A DNA stretch of 34,293 bases from Macrostomum lignano (lineage: Eukaryota), in contig NIVC01003965.1 in NCBI GenBank assembly GCA_002269645.1, positions 1 through 34,293 of the forward strand, given 5' to 3'. A model generated the notes under the pieces. It saw only the letters and a program-made list of their open reading frames with translations, was not told where the DNA came from and made no database searches. Of this stretch, positions 30,590 through 34,293 are shown in pieces. The position numbers were made by a program, and so were the translations under genes. Numbering within the stretch: the first letter of the stretch is position 1; the number at the start of each line of letters is the position of its first letter.

Positions 30590-33099
30590 ATGTCTCGCCG
30601 CAGAACATTGTTTTCTAATACAGATTCTGATAGTGATGTCGAAGCTGTATTGCGGACAAGCCGTCGAGGACGTCCAAGAAAGCTCCAGAAATCTTCTGGT
30701 TTTGGTGCCACCCGTCGTCCTAGCTCAAGCTCTGCTTATGGTTCTCATCAGGATCAGTCGGTAGGGAATTATTTTTTTCCTGAAATGCCTGATAATGCAG
30801 CCGAAATGCCGCCTGAAAATTCTACTGAACCTTCAAATCCGCCTGAAGAAACTGAGTGGGAGGATCATTCCATGTTTTCGGATCTTCACAGCAATGCGTA
30901 TGAAAATTATTTCAACTTGGGTTCATGCATTCGTTGCAGTGATGCGCCTGGAATTTATCGGTGTGTCACTTGTAGGCTGGATTTCTGTGAAGACTGTAAA
31001 GAAATCACACATGGTGATTTTGCACCACACAAATTTGAACAGTGGAATTCTGAGACGCTTATGTTTGCAGATCCAGTGCACGTGCCCATGGTTGCTGCAC
31101 TTTTCTGTTGTGTGGCAAGCAGAGAGGCTCGCGAATTGTCGGCTGCATCAACTGTTGAGCTAATCGATTTGTCGGGAATCGTTCAAGCTCAGATGTTTAC
31201 GTGTAGTTCATGTGACAAAGTGGATGCGCTTCTCTCAATGGGTTACTTCCGTCTTATGATGCAACCGCAACCGCCACAGACTGCACAGCCTATTTCGCCA
31301 TAAGTTTATTAACACTTCTCGACAATTTGACTACTGTAGGTCGACTACCGGCTCACAGGGCAATCAAAGCCCTGTTTTTAGGTGCTACTGTTGGCCAAGG
31401 AATCTGCAGAGATAAATTAGCATCAAGTTTGTATCAACGTCTGCAACGCCACTGTGTTCTGCTAAAATTTAGACAATTACAGATCCGCTCAGCAAAATGG
31501 CCCAAGTCGTGTCTCTTGTGTCCCGATCAGCATAATGATCGCCAGACTGTTGTTTGTGCTGATGCGCTTTTCGGCTGGCAAAGATTTTCTTCAATGGGAT
31601 TCAGGCAAGCTCTAACTCCGTCAGATGGTCGTCCGCTTCCTGTTCCATTAGTGAATGTAGATGTCAAAGCAGACGCGCCAAAAATCGCTTAGAAGAACAA
31701 AACTGTCCAAGTTGGAAAGCTGGGGCGCTCGAGCCACCATCCCGAGGTGCTGGTAGACATGATGTGTATGGCTTTTTTGGACTTTTTTGCCGGCACAATC
31801 GTCTATTGAATGGTTGTAACATTACTACGACAGGAGAGCGGTTCTGCTACATAGAACAGTGCCTTGAGCATTTTCTAAGAGACACGTCTGTATCGAAGAA
31901 ATTGCTTCTTATCTATGACGTTGGTAAGTGCATCTTTTGCATACTATGTCCGTATAATTTAGCGGGATCAAAATAAAGTACATACATTTTTCTCACATCT
32001 CACTGCAGGCTGCCGCGTTTCAGCTCGCGTACAATCCGCAGTTACTAAATCTGGTGCTAACGTACAGGCCTCTTCATGTGCCATCAATGCATTCCACGCA
32101 CTTGGCCACAAACCAAGCTGCCAAAGAAGGTTCTCTGTGCGTGTCACTCCTGGAGCGGGCTTGTGTGATGGCGAGAACACAGAGAGAGCTTGGGCACAAC
32201 TTCGCCCATATGGGCATTCACTAAAGTACATGCGACCTGATCGTAGGAGCACCTGTATGTCTCAAATTCTGTTTCATTTCAATGCGAATCAATTGTTTAA
32301 CACACCCCAGTGGTTCCAGCAACGTCTCAGACTTTTGGACAGTACGATAAAAAACATGTCTTCGGAAATGAACTCACTTCTTGATGATGCACGAATACAG
32401 CAAGCTTCCGGAATTTTAGACGGAAGCTTAGTACTTTCGGAGGTTCAAATTCGGAATCTCGGCCGTCAGTGGCATCAGAACTCTCTTATAGGCGCAGTAG
32501 AAAACTCTGAAAACGACCTTCTATCTAATATTCGTTCGCTTGCAGTTCTCAGAGAACATTGGCTGCGACAGTCTGGACTAAATATGGGCCAAGGTCATAA
32601 CAGAGCTTGCTTGCGCCGTGTACAAGGTTTGACTTCAGAAATGAAAGCTGATATTAATCGTCTGCCGGAAGAGACCCGGGGTTCTTTTGATCAGTATCGG
32701 AAGCCAAATAGTTCAAAGTACGATGGTTTATCTGAATCAGCTACTTCTGTCCGTTTCCGTCGGCGTGCAATCGATCTCTATCATAAGTACGACAGAGTGA
32801 ATGAGGAACTGCATATCGTATCTGAGGAATGGTATGACTTTATTGTAAAAATGGACATGGTTTGCAAGAGTCTAGATAATCAGGCTGGTTTGGCGGCTCA
32901 GTTTCGAAAACTATTTCGATCAATTTTAGAAAGAGTTGTAAATCTTGACGTTCCAGCAAGGGCAGAATATTTTCGACTCATTTTGGGCGGCGCAGAACAA
33001 AGCATTGAAAATGTTCCTCCTATTAGCAACGACTCGCCAACTGAGTCGGCGACTGAGTCTTCAGCGTCTGAATCGGATGATTCAGAAGATACTTTTTGA
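30590..33099 (+). CDS. KDZ (Kyakuja-Dileera-Zisupton) superfamily transposase with AT-hook and CxC2/CxC3-type Cys cluster; ~808 aa after repair; exons 30590-31923 and 32009-33099
   Basis: RRGRPRK; CIRC..YRCVTC..FCEDC...H...PHKFEQWN; IDLSGI...TCSSC...LLSMGYFP; CLLCP...VCADALFG; GLFCRH; GERF; LIYDVG|C across a GT-AG intron; AFHALGHKPSC; GAGLCDGENTERAW; YMRPDRR. Two +1 repairs needed (CC 31249-31250, A5 31680-31684). Motifs match recalled KDZ consensus (PF18758 family). Confidence 0.9.
31924..32008 (+). other. 85-bp spliceosomal intron in the KDZ catalytic core
   Basis: G|GTAAGT...CACTGCAG|GC; read-through hits TAA at 31974-31976; splicing restores YDVGC and the frame. Confidence 0.9.
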
Positions 33100-33178
33100 G
33101 CAAGTTTAAATTTTTTAGTTAGCTGAACACTTCAATTACACAGTGATTTATTGTGTCGGCTGTTTCCAAAGCACTTGC

Positions 33179-33184
33179 AATAAA
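33179..33184 (+). promoter_or_regulatory. Candidate polyadenylation signal of the KDZ gene
   Basis: AATAAA 80 nt after the TGA. Confidence 0.5.
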
Positions 33185-33820
33185 ATTATTCAAAAATTGC
33201 TGTGCCAATAGATGTCATTTTAACCTCACTTGCACACAATAGCTCAAGTGTGCTGTGAATTCGCTGCTCAGCTGTATCATTCCTGGGTCCATGTGCTCTG
33301 CTTACACGTAGCGGACCTGTTAACGTTAATTAATTCAGTTTAATGCAGTGATGAACTGTCACTCAGTTTATAAACTGGCGCTAAATTGTTTTGATTAACG
33401 GAGCCAAAGAGCACTTATTTATTTCGTTACCTTTTATACTACACTTCATTGCATGAAAATTAAACTGCCGTTAAGTTGACATTTTCGCCCGTTATGGTGT
33501 TATTAAACGATATGTTGGTTGCTTTTTCTCATTTTTAAGTCGTCAATATTAGTTAGGACTCAGTTTTCGATCCCGATTGCCATTCTCAAATCCATAGAAT
33601 CGACTCAAGACCCTAGCTGTAGTCCTAAGTTTTTAGTATCACAAAGATTTAGTACTCAATCAATCTGTCTTTCATGTCGACATGTGTCCACCTTTTTACA
33701 GATTTCTTATTGAAATCCGAAAGTGATTGTGTTATCTGAAACGAGTCGGCAAAAATCAATTAATTTACTCTTTTTTGTGGTAATAATCTATCAATCTTTG
33801 GCTACGATCACAAATCTACC

Positions 33821-34293
33821 ATGACGACTGAAAAGTACGAGTGCCCTCTGTGTCTTCCTGGTTTAAGTACCTATAGTGCTCGAGCTGATCGACTTCTTTT
33901 GCATGCAACTAAAAAGCATGCTTTAGACGCTAAAAAGCAAGTTGCATAATTCAATATCTTCGTTGGTCCAGAAAGTCAGATGTAAAATTATGCGCGCTAT
34001 GTGATCAGTTTGCTGTAAATTTGCGAGATCACTACGCTAAATGTCATGCGGGCGATTACAGGCGTCTTAACTCCTTATTAACTGGACAACCAGCTATCAG
34101 GTTGGCGAGAAAACGTGCTCTGCGGCGATTCGGAGAACTGTACTGGTGTTTTATTGCCGACCAGCCTTTGCCACGGTATCCGGATTCAAGTTACGAGAAC
34201 GAAAAACAGGGATTGCACGAGAGGTGAGTAATGTTATTGCCTATCCTGCTTTTCAAGATTTGATCAGACATGTAAACGGTTGTATAAACCTAA
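33821..34293 (+). CDS. Uncharacterised C2H2-like zinc-finger protein, 5' part; runs off the window
   Basis: ctaccATG MTTEKYECPLC-x16-HATKKH; +1 A at 33932-33936 joins ...KLCALC-x9-HYAKCH...; continues past 34223 either via a GTGAGT donor or via another +1 G (RVSNVIAYPAFQDLIRHVNGC). Confidence 0.62.

Noticed and set aside
30590-33099. Calling KDZ a pseudogene or several separate small genes
   Set aside because: The pieces join into one colinear KDZ protein with one canonical intron and two homopolymer repairs.

Overview
Eukaryotic (animal-like, spliceosomal GT-AG introns) genomic window; no bacterial features, no rRNA/tRNA/CRISPR seen. (1) 1-11.6 kb: one minus-strand gene, hand-assembled into 18 exons (>2,300 codons, runs off the left edge), encoding a signal peptide plus at least 11 diverged ~140-aa Cys-containing domains (discoidin/F5-8 type C-like by motif) separated by Thr-rich mucin stalks. 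Its 2.5-kb intron holds a ~434-bp palindromic Kolobok-like element. (2) 13.9-28 kb: a nested repeat pile: (GATA)n tracts, a short copy of a GC-rich satellite, a LINE ORF1 (DUF4780-like), a 1.8-kb foldback element, a 48-bp tandem array, an oppositely oriented LINE 3' end (RNase H + CCHC), a MITE-like inverted repeat and a 5.6-kb ~158-bp satellite array. (3) 30.6-33.1 kb: a KDZ (Kyakuja-Dileera-Zisupton) transposase gene with AT-hook, CxC cluster, an 85-bp intron and a polyA signal, followed on the same strand by an uncharacterised zinc-finger gene that runs off the right edge. Most frameshifts are repaired by adding one base to a homopolymer run, which suggests assembly error, so the mucin, KDZ and ZnF genes may be intact in vivo. 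All alignments, counts and family calls were made by eye; no database search was run.
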